Positions 46,512 through 58,322 of a stretch of 64,000 nt of DNA are shown here, piece after piece. The DNA is from Tubiluchus corallicola (Eukaryota; Animalia; Priapulida): assembly GCA_030141605.1 (NCBI GenBank), contig JAQGDQ010000068.1, forward strand, positions 124,001 to 188,000, given 5' to 3'. The stretch's first letter is position 1. Every line of letters starts with the position of its first letter. A program made the translations under genes and the position numbers. The notes under the pieces are model-generated. The model saw only the letters and a list, made by a program, of their open reading frames with translations. It was not told the origin of the DNA and did not search any database.

Positions 46512-46588
46512 ACACTAGATCAAGACCTTTCGTTTGATATATAGATCGCGGCGATCTATATATCAAACGAAAGGTCTCGATCTAGTGT
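46512..46588. repeat. Near-perfect palindrome, 38-bp arms, 1-nt spacer, 1 mismatch, derived from the Helitron sub-terminal motif
   Basis: ACACTAGATCAAGACCTTTCGTTTGATATATAGATCGC-G-GCGATCTATATATCAAACGAAAGGTCTCGATCTAGTGT; arms match 36004-36047. Confidence 0.95.
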
Positions 46589-47610
46589 ACGGACACTGAT
46601 TCGTATCAATGCTCATAAGCGGGACGCAGGGTGTGTTCAGAAGTTGTCTAAAATGTATTGTAAAGCAATCTTCAGATGGCCTAGCGTTGCTTGCATATTC
46701 ACCTACCTCTCCTTTCCAATTCACCGCACGCCATATTGCTTTCATATCACCAGACTCTAATAAGTTAATCCATCTGTTGTTCATCCCATTTACTGCTCTC
46801 CTATTTGAAGTATCGTTTTGTATTCTACATTCAGTTGCAGAATCATATGAATCATATATGATGTCTTTTGGCATTCTGACATGGTTTGTCAATATCCCAT
46901 CCTGTTGGATATATGACATACTCATATTGTGAAAAGTCAATATCCGTCTGAGTACAAAAACTTCGAAGTTTATCATCACATGCCTGAATGCGCATCTTGT
47001 CTGCTGTGGGACAAGACTTAAAGGTTCTCCTCGTCGTCATGTGACATAAACTGATTCTCGCAAGGGCAGGAGTGCTGTTGAGACTGGCCTCATAGCTTCG
47101 ATGGGGAAATGGTGCTATAACTAAAGGTGCGTGGTCAGAAGGATAAAAATAGTTGTTAAATGTCTCAACAGAGAGAATGGAAGTTACTCCATCAATACTA
47201 GTTAATGCCCAGTCTAACTGGGATATCCAATTCTGGCGCTTCTTAAACGACAAACCATCACCATATCTCTTACATTGTGTTATTAAGTGATTAACGGGGT
47301 TCAAGTGATTATCCCTACATACATGTAGTTGCAAAAGTCGCGTGCCAGTTGCGTTCTTTCTTATACATATCAGAATTGTGTGCATACCTCCATTGGCTCC
47401 CTTCTGCCAGTATATTTCCACATTGACCACATCTTGCATTGAGATCACCAGTTATAAAGCATTCCTTGCTATTCTCTTTTGCTTCAATAGCTTTGCTTTG
47501 TAACATAGCCTATCTTCGTAGTATACAGAGTCGCCCCACGAGGGATATAGCAGAAGCCAAGAATGTTAGGCAGGCATTGCAATCTTAACCATGTAGTATA
47601 CTCACATGGC
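46589..47610 (-). mobile_element. Decayed non-LTR retrotransposon, AP-endonuclease and linker, truncated before RT
   Basis: GFCYIP, FITGDLNARCG, WISQLDWAL, PSDHAPL (APE motifs) then KAIWRAVNWKG..HFRQLLN across three frames. Confidence 0.85.
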
Positions 47611-48194
47611 ATTTGTATGTAAAAATCCCGAGGGGTTTGCCCCGAAGAGGCCGTATGTCCCATCTTATCCTAAAGTTATTTTATATACCAATGAGGGTTA
47701 ATTAAAACAGGAGCTGTGGAAATCATAGAAAATGTGTATATCCCACGTGAAAAAGGTACACCACACAAGATATACACTGTAATATCAAATAGAAAATAAC
47801 AGTAAGCCAAGCTAACGTAAAATAAGAGCTTCCAGAAGCGATTGTATACCTGTATTTTAGAATGAAGTTGAAAATATATAATTAATAATAGGCATCGTAA
47901 TAGACAACGCACAAAAGAGGTGACGGAGAAAGAGCTAAAGTGGAAAAATAGATACTGCGTCCTTCTTGCTGTGACCTTTACAATCTTTACCCACATTGAT
48001 AATTTTTGGGCGCCCTGCAAAAAAGAAGCCAATGATTCCGATTTTTGAAATCCTTGGGTTCCTATCATCTGAGCATTTTAAATAGTTTCTTTTGTAAAAA
48101 TCGGTTTTTTATTTTGGCTGAAAGGGCACTTTTGATATGAAGGTCAAAAAGGACAGGGGCTTAAGCCCTCTAGCCCTCCCCCTGTGCATGTGCC

Positions 48195-48365
48195 TGAAGA
48201 AGAGGTCTTACAGTGAAATTGTCAAGAACTTTGAAGAACTGGACACTGCAGAGAGGTTTTTGATCTGTCTGGACTCAAACAGACATGTAGTATGTTAGGT
48301 TTCCGATTCTCGTCATCGAATGGATCGTAAAGAAAACTTGCAGAATGGCAAAAATGGAATCAGGT
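48195..48365 (+). mobile_element. Short RTE-clade RT fragment
   Basis: IVKNFE, SGLKQTCSMLGF and LVIEWIVKKT resemble the RTE motif TGVRQGC.MSGFLFLLVIDW.MRKT, with frameshifts. Confidence 0.55.
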
Positions 48366-49462
48366 ATGTCAATAACTCTCTTTTTGGTTGTATTTTTTAT
48401 TTCTAATGCAATTAGATTGAAGGTTATTTTATTATATTGAAATATGGTTAGTGTACCTAGGAAGAAACTGCTTAATTTAGGAAGAAAGTGTTGCTGCGAA
48501 AAAAAATTTAGAAAATTTTATGATTAAAAACGTCATGTTCTCCCTATTAAAGAACTGCGCGCGTGGCTTACAACACAGGTAACTATTATTATTCACAACA
48601 GTAATACAACAACATGGTAACCTTACACTGACTTAGTATTAACAAATATATAACAAGGCAACAAATTTTGCAGCGTACAACTAAAACAGGACAGTATTTT
48701 TTCATAATGCAAATCAAACGAGTTGAAAGTACAGACATGAGATACAGGGTTCACACAGTTCTACAATCTTACCCATCATCACCAAATATAATAATTTATA
48801 CTGTGTATATAGTATAGACTTGCATTCTAGCTTTTGTGCTGGAGCCGAGACCTACATCTGCTGTGTATGGATCCTGTGTATGTTGCAAATGTTGAGTACA
48901 GTAATACAGTTTGGTGAGTTCTGCAGCAGTACAGTCAAGATTCCGTAAACTTCCAAGTCTTCCCAATTTTCTGCGGTGCTTCCTTTTGCAGCATGCCGCA
49001 CGAATAAGAGATAATTAACAAGTTTCTGCTGTCACTGACTTTCCTGTTGGGCTTTAGGTCCATCCAAGACGTAGAAAAGACTAAAAACGGAGATTGCTGT
49101 TTATCGCAGTAGTTCTGTAGTATAGCGTACTGGTCCTTCTACTGTTTTGCTTTCACAGCCTGATTTCTACTTTTGCGTTTTGACATGTATTTTTCAAAAT
49201 AACTGCCAATTCAGATCTAAAGTCATTTGTTCAAAAAGAAATTAATAAATCTAAATGCTTTTTCCTTGAATATACGTACAGTACTTTCGTAGTACTGTAT
49301 TTGAATTGCATTTCATTCATTTGGCCGCAATCTTCCGTCGGAAATGGGCACGGGCATGTTTTCATGGTGCAATTCATGTTGTTCCAAATTTTGTCACTTC
49401 AACGTAAGAAAAAAATGAAAAGAAAGTGTATAATCACGATAAAAACAATAATGCAAATATAA

Positions 49463-49614
49463 GGAATCTAGGTAAAAAATGTCACAGAAAAAAGTACAGG
49501 AAAAAAGAAATAACCCTAACCCTTAACCCAAGCTAAAATTAATTACGACTTTTTCCTGTAAATTTTTTCCTAGCCAAAATTGTGACTTTTTCTGTGACTT
49601 TACTACCAGTCACC
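49463..49614. mobile_element. 152-bp MITE with long imperfect TIRs, internal TAACCC repeats and AATATAA flanking duplication
   Basis: GGTAAAAAATGTCACAGAAAAAAAGT versus ACTTTTTCTGTGACTTTACTACC; TAACCCTAACCCTTAACCC in the centre; AATATAA at 49456-49462 and 49615-49621. Confidence 0.75.
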
Positions 49615-51383
49615 AATATAACGTGTGTCTGGCCTACACACCAAATCTCATACGCAAAATAAATTTTCAAAAAAATGCAGCATTTACAAAATAATCAATA
49701 TAAATGCAGTCGATACAATATTCATGACAGTTATAAATACTATAGTCTATACACTACAATATTGAACTGCAGGCGATTTCATAACATTTCTTAATAACTA
49801 CAGTACTAAGTAACAACAACAACTTATTTGAGTTTTGTAAAAACAAAAACAGCAGACTGTACTTACAAATTATTGAACAGCTTAAAATAAAAGTAAACAT
49901 TCTATAAACAAAAACACACTGTCACACAGTCGTATTTAATTAGAAATAAAATGCTTATGGCAAGAACTTATGAGTCCACTGTACATAGTATATAATATTT
50001 CAACAAAATTTGATTGACAAAAGCTACTAATTTCAATGGTGCATATTTACAACATCATTGGATAATTTAGCTTTTAATGTGCATAAGAATGAACAATGCC
50101 ATTATAATACCGGTAAAACTAAAGGCACACACTATATCTACAAAAAAGATGACGTTGAAACGGTGAATAATAACACTGAAAATATTAAGACGTTAAACTG
50201 TTGCTAAAACAGAATACAAAAAGATGAGATCATAATAAATAAAATAAAGAAAAATAAAAATATGTACAAAAAAAATCAGTGCATTGTGTTTCATACAAAG
50301 GACAGTTAATTTTAAGATTCGAAGCAATGCATAATGGGCCACGTGATATCTATGATATATAGACAAACTGACATGTGTTGTTAAAGCTCTTCATGAGATT
50401 CTCTTCCAAGGTTTGATCAGCGTATCAATTTTGCGCAATCGACGCCATGAATTTGATACAAACTCATTGTCACCTTCCAAAGGTTACAGGTTGTACGGCA
50501 AGTTCAAGACATGTATACATATGCCGTAAATTAACAGTACTATGCATTAAAATGTCCAGCTTCTATTCACCTCCCTCTAGGAAAAAGTTATGTACATGTA
50601 TCACTTAGCAAAAGCATCTCATTTAAGATTTGTTTTTGACAGCCACTGTCATGTCCAGTTGACGGCATGAGATGAAAGAAACTCCAAATAATGAAAACAT
50701 CATAGTACATATTTAAAATATTCTACCAAAATGCGTTGATAATTAATGCAAATGTTCAATTGCTTTCTGCTGTCAACAACAAGCATTCAAATGATTTAAA
50801 TAAAACAAACATTTGCATTAGACAACAAAACTAGAACCAGGAAACATTATTCAACATCTCTTTTTTGACATGACGAACTGCTTAATATTGAGACGTTGAC
50901 GAACATCATCGTGGAAGTTATGGATAGCAGTCAAGATTGGTGAACTCTGTTACTTAAATAGTCTGTCGCTGTTAAGCATTTTAATCCCGTTTTGAATGAT
51001 GGCATGTTAAAGCACAAAAAATAATGAGACGATAATTAAATAATGTTTCCTATTTTTAGGTTTGTCTACTGTAACTGTTTGTTTTATTCGAGTCGGTTAT
51101 ATACCTGAAGATGAGAGCATAAAGCAGTCGAAAATTTGCCATAATAAATTAAACTTATATCTACTAGGCCGTTTCAATATTCTGAGGTTCTTTCATCTAT
51201 GTAGGCATTACGTGCACATAAGTAAATTTGCATCACTAGCTGTATTTACAATTAATATTGAATTTCTAGGAGTAATCAAATAACACGCATGACAAGAAAA
51301 ATGATTATAGCTTTTAGCAGTTTTCTCTCGACTTTGCCAAATGAGATTAGCATCCAGATACGTCATACTAGTTACAAAGTTTT

Positions 51384-53552
51384 TTATTTGAACCCATACT
51401 TAACTTTTAAAGTTTTATACGATTTGCTCACATCAGTATATGATATTAACAGATCATTTGCTTTGCTTTCAAATTTAAAGCCTACTAAACAGGCTGCAGC
51501 CTCAAACTGTTCCTTCGTCATCACATGCACTGGAAATTTCAAAACCTCTTTCCAGTACTGCTCAAAATCTGCTGGTGAAGGTACTCGTTCAAGCTGATTT
51601 CTAATATTATCTAGAGGAACCAGGAGATCCGTGAAGTCATGAGGTAGTTTATTTACAAAGAGCATTAGCGCTCCCTGCGAATTGCGATTCTTTATTTTAA
51701 ACCTTCCAATTTTTGCTATAAATGGCCGGCTATTTCTATCAACTTGCTTTATTCCAGCAGCTGCCGTGAATGATTTCACGTGTTCAGGAACGTCACTGTG
51801 TTTCTGAGAAATGATGTTTTTGCAGTCTTTTAAAACAATGCTGCACTTTTTTACCGGTATTACGGAATCAGTAGAAAGCTTTCTTTTAAGACTGTTTGCA
51901 TCAATTGCTTTTGAAAAGCTGCCAGATTGTGACTTAGCAGCTTCCTGATCTATGATATCGCCAGCTTTATCTGACCTTTGTCTGCTCACACCTACAGCAG
52001 TTTCGTTTCTTTGTATCACACTTTGCACCGCTGAATGTTGTTCAAACTTATTGGCGTTTAAATGAGCATCATCAAAAGGCTTAATTGATGGAGCTGATGG
52101 AGCTTTAACAAGACTTTCATCTTTCTTTTTGGTTTCTTGTGATGGAAACTTACTAGAAATACTTGTTATCACTGTTGGCTTGAAGTTTTGACCCACAGCT
52201 GGATGAAAGGTATCATTGTTGGCCGTTGTAACAACAGTAGAAACAGGTTTCGCAGCATTTCGAAACTTCATGCCTTGATATCTAGGTGAGAACTGTTCAA
52301 TGCATTCTTTTGTTGTACTCAGTTTACTGGGATTTTTTCCTTTTTCCGGATGACTACCTTGCAAACATTTTTGCTCATCTTTGCCGGAAGAACTAGAGAC
52401 TACTGGAGAGATTGCTTGTCCACTAACACTTCCCAGATGCTGTTCAAGCAAATTATTTTGCTGACTGGTAAATTTTTCTGAAGACAACACGTTACTACTA
52501 TTTTGTAAGGTAGCAAGACGTTGCTGCCCATCACAAGATTGGCTTTGATACACTTCTAAAGAGATACATTCTTTAGGAGATACAAGTTCTGATGACTGAT
52601 GTGCTTGTTGAAATTCATTCACTAATTTATCTTTGTCCGCAGGTGCAATCATTGAAGGTAAACTTGAGTCTTGCTTCAACTGAGAAGAACTTGGAGGAAT
52701 TACTGCTTCTGTATTTGAGCTAACAACTGCTGTCACAGCAGGTACAATACTTGTGTTCTGAAAGGTAACAGGTGATGGCGCTAGGCCACTGTCAGGGGAA
52801 CATGATTCACTTTCCCTCTGGTTGATGTCTTTGAAATCATTTAAATCTTTTATAATCTTAGCTAATTCACCTTTCTGGTAGTTTTGAACTTTACCGCCAA
52901 GTGCATCATGAATGTCAGGTAGCAACACCATATCAGTGGGACCAGACATGTCAACTTCAATACCAGCTAACTTGCAAATTTGGTTTATTTGTAGAGTTTC
53001 AGCAGGCAAAAAACTTTCTATGTATGTACTGAGAGACTGTAGGCATGGGTGTGTATTGACGCACATCGATGGCACAAATTGGAGTATGCTGTACGAGTTA
53101 TTCCTTGCAATGCAAGGTGCAACAGTGAATTCATCTATTTTAACCCAATTCACACCCTCATTTGATGTCATTAGTTGATATAGTTTATTTAATTCTATGA
53201 CTCTGAAAAGTTTTTCTGCATCAAGCAAACTAATAATTTCCAGGCTAGTGCATGGTGTGTTCCAATATTGTCCAGAACAGTGCGTAATTGCAATCTCGTT
53301 TAGAAGTTTCACCTCACAAGGTGTTGCTTGACACACAACTGGTTGGCACTGACCTATGGCACTATTCATATCATTGGCTGAAAAGATGTGTCCACTACTG
53401 TACAACATTTTTAAGCTTACCCATTTAGTACTGTTTGATCGGAGTAAATATGGCAAAGTCAGTTTTTTGGGAGTGTAAAACCCAAGTTCGATAGTTTGCC
53501 ACCCAAAATGGCCCAGTACACTGTGCCAATCAATAGAAGTTTGTTGTTGCAT
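51384..53552 (-). CDS. Uncharacterised 722-aa protein, single coding exon, three putative SKI/Dachshund-like domains and an S/Q-rich linker
   Basis: 2.2-kb uninterrupted ORF in AT-rich DNA; first ATG at 53552 in good context (GAAACCATGC; the track starts at an upstream TTG); acceptors upstream at about 53579 and 53711; no TE motifs. An N-terminal extension by splicing cannot be excluded. Confidence 0.88.
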   Translation of the reverse strand: MQQQTSIDWHSVLGHFGWQTIELGFYTPKKLTLPYLLRSNSTKWVSLKMLYSSGHIFSANDMNSAIGQCQPVVCQATPCEVKLLNEIAITHCSGQYWNTPCTSLEIISLLDAEKLFRVIELNKLYQLMTSNEGVNWVKIDEFTVAPCIARNNSYSILQFVPSMCVNTHPCLQSLSTYIESFLPAETLQINQICKLAGIEVDMSGPTDMVLLPDIHDALGGKVQNYQKGELAKIIKDLNDFKDINQRESESCSPDSGLAPSPVTFQNTSIVPAVTAVVSSNTEAVIPPSSSQLKQDSSLPSMIAPADKDKLVNEFQQAHQSSELVSPKECISLEVYQSQSCDGQQRLATLQNSSNVLSSEKFTSQQNNLLEQHLGSVSGQAISPVVSSSSGKDEQKCLQGSHPEKGKNPSKLSTTKECIEQFSPRYQGMKFRNAAKPVSTVVTTANNDTFHPAVGQNFKPTVITSISSKFPSQETKKKDESLVKAPSAPSIKPFDDAHLNANKFEQHSAVQSVIQRNETAVGVSRQRSDKAGDIIDQEAAKSQSGSFSKAIDANSLKRKLSTDSVIPVKKCSIVLKDCKNIISQKHSDVPEHVKSFTAAAGIKQVDRNSRPFIAKIGRFKIKNRNSQGALMLFVNKLPHDFTDLLVPLDNIRNQLERVPSPADFEQYWKEVLKFPVHVMTKEQFEAAACLVGFKFESKANDLLISYTDVSKSYKTLKVKYGFK

Positions 53553-55005
53553 GGTTTCACGTGTAGCTGGCAAGACTATCTGTAAATGTGTAAGTCTCAA
53601 ACCTCAAGAGCAATAGATGGCAAAGAATCAGAAAATCTGATCACAAGTAAATAACGATAAGTAGACGCTACTGCTTCTTTTCCTTGCATCATTTTCTTTC
53701 ATTTCAAAAAGCTGCAAAATAACAAAATATAGATATATTCTAGAAAATTATTTTGAATGAGCAATGTTTAGTAAGGAGTGTAAGGGATTTAATTGAGAGA
53801 TACCAGGAAATTATTCAAGATAATCTCAAAATCATAAATGGCAGAGATATTGACAATGTTTACATACTTTTTATAATTATATAATGAATAATCTGGTCTA
53901 GCCTAGGTAAGTACTCTGAAGTTTTATTTATCTGCTCATTAGTCAATGAGAACACATTGGCAGTAGAGAAAGAGCAGAAAAAACTAACTGCAAATCACCA
54001 ATGTCGATTTTGCCAAGAAACATTGTAAACACTCAAACATAAAGGACACTCATTTAGCATGGCTACAGAGACTGTAGGAATATCTGGACTGGAACTGTGA
54101 TATGATGTGTCACTAAACATTGCTTTTATATGCAGGGGATATTGCAGCACACGTGTAATTTTATGTATTCAAGCCCGTTTAGTGTGTTTAGTGTATCTAT
54201 TAATTAAAATTCTGCAGTTATTACAAGCTTGCTTTACAAGCCATTTCTTTGCTCTCCACCTGGGCTCTGAACTAAATTTGATATTTTTCACAAGTATATA
54301 GGTATTGTAACATAGGATGTGCACTTGGGATTTTAAAACGCTGTGTAGATAAACTAATCAGAACGGATAATGATGATTATAAAAAGCATAAATTTCTTCC
54401 AGTTTTGTTCACATCCCATTTCATTCTTTATTTACAATAACTGTAATTTGTTGTGGCATTCGCTGCAACACTTCCCAGTGCTACTCGAACACACGACCAA
54501 TTTAAGCACATTAACGTGTATGTAATTGCATGAGAAAAAACTATGAAATGATATATAATTAATTAGAATTCAAATACTCTGGTAGTTTTAGCAACTTAAT
54601 TATAGAAAATACTTAATTATAAACTCTGACTTTAGCTTAAAACTGTTTCTCGAATCATTTTCCAAAGTCATAATATCTAAATGCAAAGAGTAACAGGAGT
54701 CATATACTTTCAATTACTTTGTCGCTAAATAATAAACAGCTTGACAAAGCAGGACGTCATCACCTATCAGTAATTAACTGTGTAAATCACACAATTACAA
54801 CATTTAACCTAAGTACTTAGTAGATGAAGTTAACTAGAAAATCCAACATCAATTCAAACATTTAGTGAAAGTGTGAAACGTAATAATACCAACAGGTAAA
54901 CAAGAAGCAACTTATACACTCAGGCTAAGCATTAATCTTCAAAAAAGAATTTGAGAATTTATGCATAGTACAAAACTGAACTTCTACATTACTGAATTTT
55001 TCTAC

Positions 55006-55121
55006 CTGGGTTGGTGATGACGTTCCAGTCACTTCTTCAGCACTATTCTTTTTGTTTTCATTTACTAGCGGAACATCAGTTGGAAAGAAGAAACAGTCAT
55101 CTGGTCAATAAGAACTAAGTT
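55006..55121 (-). other. Candidate non-coding 5' UTR exon of the 722-aa gene
   Basis: Minus-strand CCTTCTTTGCAG| acceptor and CAG|GTAGAA donor flanking 116 nt. Confidence 0.35.
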
Positions 55122-55939
55122 CTGCAAAGAAGGGGTCAAAAAGGGCGTTTTGATTAGGTACACATTTGCTGCTCGTCTCGATTCACCAGCAGTTCGACGA
55201 ATTCTATCCAGCTTCCGCTGACCATGTGGACAGCTGTCTTTCAGGACGACATCCCCACAACTGGACCAAATGGAGTCTTCACACAAGCTTGATTTCCGCC
55301 CCCCGTCAAGCTCAACAGGTAATAATTTCTCCACATAACCCCAAATCTTTCTAAGTGTGCTTGACCCTTTCTTCCATTTATTCCACAGCCTCTTTACATT
55401 TGAAGCTGGAGTAACTTCAAAGATAGGGTCAACATGTTACTCTGCATTACTAGGATGATAGATTATTAAGGTGACAATGAAAACCAGACTGCCAACACAG
55501 TGTAAGTCCCCGAAGAAAAATTGTGTAATATAATGTAAAATGGTGGTGTCCCTGCGTGGGTCAAGAACTGTTACATTATAATCATCTGTGTAAGTTGTAT
55601 TTGTTGCAAAATTGATATAACAAGACTCCAAGAAGTGAAAGTATTCTAAGGTACATACTCTCAATACAAAAAGTCATAAAACCGCATTACAGAAATGCAC
55701 ACAGGTCAACAAATAACAGGGAAAGGTACACTAGTTTGAAGTTCTTATCATTACTGCTATGAGACCAAAAGTAATAATCGGAGTAAGTACATGAGTGAAT
55801 TGGTAAACAACTATGTGAGTAAGTAATTTCAAAAACCTAATTCATTATTTTATGAAAAGGAAGCCTTCATTCCTGTGACCTAAGCGTTTTTGTTGCGATG
55901 CTCTTCCACAGACCTCTGATCTTTCATGGACCTTTGTGA

Positions 55940-56460
55940 ATCCACCTCGCCGTAAGCTTTAATTTACTATAACAATTACACAATTGTTTGCGCAAATCCT
56001 TTTAGACGCCCTTTGAGTGACCCCAGATGGCCAAAATTTTTTTACTATGCATTAGAAATCTAAGACAAAGGACAAAAGGTTTTGGCAAAATAAAGAAAAC
56101 TAAGTCATTTGTCAACAGTGCTCAATGTTTTACTGAACCATGTCAAACCACCCCGGCATAAGCTTTATTTGAATATCTTGCACAGTATGTTTGACACATT
56201 CCCTGTAGATGTCCTGTAGGTGACCCCAACTGGGACAAAATGTGGCAGTGCCAAACCCATCTCGCCCTAAGCTTTAATTTGATATATTGCACAATATGTT
56301 TCAGAGATTCCCTGTAAACGACCTTTAGGTAACTCCAGGTAGACTGACACTTGTTAGTGTCAAACCCACCTCATCCCATGCTTTAATTTGATATATTACT
56401 CGACACGATTACGAGACATTCCCTGTTAATAACGGGCGAAAATTTTGGCAGTGTCAAAAA
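55940..56460 (+). repeat. Degenerate ~108-bp tandem repeat (4-5 units), with a further unit at 60287-60380
   Basis: CAAACC recurs at 56144, 56252, 56361; each unit has GCTTTAATTTG..ATTCCCTGT..GTGACCCCA..AAAATTTTGGCAGTG. Confidence 0.85.
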
Positions 56461-56529
56461 CTCTAGCATTACAATATTTTCTGTGTGTTGCATCTGTTTA
56501 GCCTCGAAATTGTCAAAAAATATTGTCAA

Positions 56530-58291
56530 TAAGCACACTCGCAGAAAGAGAACGAAACGAAAAATGTTGAAGGTTTTGTTGGGAGAGATGTATACTGGAC
56601 GAAACGGGGGGTGGGGTGTATTTTGAAGCTCTTTTTCTACCTCTCTGTTGTGCACGCTATTTGGAACATCCATTGTCTTTGAGTTTGAGAAATTTCGCGG
56701 CTGTTCCAGGCATTGTTGTCACCCTCCGTTCTACAGTGGTATAGATTTTACATGTAAGTAAGTTGTGTTAGCCTATTGTATCATGTGAGAAGTGGCAAAC
56801 AAAACTATGTCTGCGCATTATTGATCATTGCTAAACAGACTAAGAGCATTTATTATAGCACACAGTTTTGATTTTGTGGAAAATGTTTGGAATGGTTTTG
56901 TTGTGATGCTGTGCTGATGGTGCTGTAGGTGTCATCATCGTTGCCACCATCATCATCACCATCGTCATGATGGTGAATTGTGGTGGGGTGGTGGTGGCAC
57001 TGCGATGGTGATGAGATGGGGAATTTGATGTGATGTGGGTTGTGTGGTGGTGGTACTGTGGGTGTTGTGCTATGGATGGTGTAGTGACAAGTTGATTGGA
57101 GGTTGCATTTCGCTTGGAAAACATATATATATATATATATATATATATAACTTACGAGGCTACAGCTCCGGCAACAGCACTATTCTCAACTATCTATACG
57201 TGAAACGAAAGGTCACGCATAGGTTCGCACCTGGCGTTTCATTTTTCGAATCGGGCCCACCAAGAAGAAGGGGGAAACCTCCAAAAACAGGAACGTGCCT
57301 GGGGCAGTGCCAGTAATGGTTGAATAACCTGTTCAATGGTGGGTGTTATAGTTGTATTTAAATATCGCGGGAGGGTCACTAATACCCAGTATGGACATGT
57401 TTCCGGAGCAAACCACGCAAATTTTGCTGAAAACTGCTCAAACAGCCTCTAGAGAACTCAATTCGTGCAACTGTTTGGGCATCTTGAGAAAAAAATGCAC
57501 ACTCCCAGAAAGAGGACGAAACGGTCTACAAAACACTTAAGGTTTCACTAGGAGAGATATCCACTAGACAAAACAGGAAGGGCGTATTTTAAAATTCTTT
57601 TCTACCCCCTGTGCTGCATATTATTTGGAACATCCATTGTCATGAGAAATTTCATGGCTGCTCCAACATTGTCATCACCCATCATTCTACAGTGTTATAG
57701 ATTATACATGTAAGTAAGTTCCCTTAGTCTAACTATCATTTGAGAAGCAGCAAACAAACTATGTACATTGTCCGCGCATTATTGATCATTGGTAGACAAA
57801 CTAAGAGCATTTATTATAACACACAGTTATGACACGCAAAATATTTTGAAAGGTGTTGTTGTGATGCTGTACTGTTGGTGCTGTAGGTGTCCTCATCATC
57901 ATCTTTAACAACATGATCACCATGTGATATTGTGGGTGTGCTGCGGGTGTTGTGTTGTGGATAATGTGGGTGGTAGGGTGTGTGGTGTGATTGGTGTGGT
58001 GTAGTGTGGTCTGGTGGTGTGTTGAGGTATTGATGGTGTGGTGTGGGTGATGTGGTGTAGATAATGTGGTAGGGTGTGGGTGGTGTGCCATGGTGTGGTG
58101 TTTTGGCATGATGTGGGAGATGTGGTGTGGGTGGTGGGTTGGTGTAGTGTGTTGCAGTGTTGTGAGTGGGGTGGTGGGTGGTTATGTGGTGTTGTGTGGC
58201 TGGTGTGGTATGGTGTGAGTTGTTTTGAGTTTATGTGCAAAATTCTTTTTGTGTGGTTTGGCTAGTCTACATATTAATTTCGGTGGTAAAC

Positions 58292-58322
<31 letters not shown>

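Noticed and set aside
48935-49187. Minus-strand reading MSKRKSRNQAVKAKQ*KDQY...
   Set aside because: Early stop and no recognisable domain; cannot be supported as a gene or pseudogene.
53553-53600. TTG start giving a 738-aa protein
   Set aside because: Prokaryote-style start from the ORF finder; the first ATG in good context is at 53552.
55065-55440. Minus-strand open frame of about 120 codons as an upstream coding exon
   Set aside because: Bounded by stops, lacks a suitable ATG and cannot be spliced in frame to the 722-aa ORF.
55940-56460. Regularly spaced repeats as a CRISPR-like array
   Set aside because: Whole ~108-bp units are homologous with no unique spacers, and the context is a eukaryotic genome with no cas genes.
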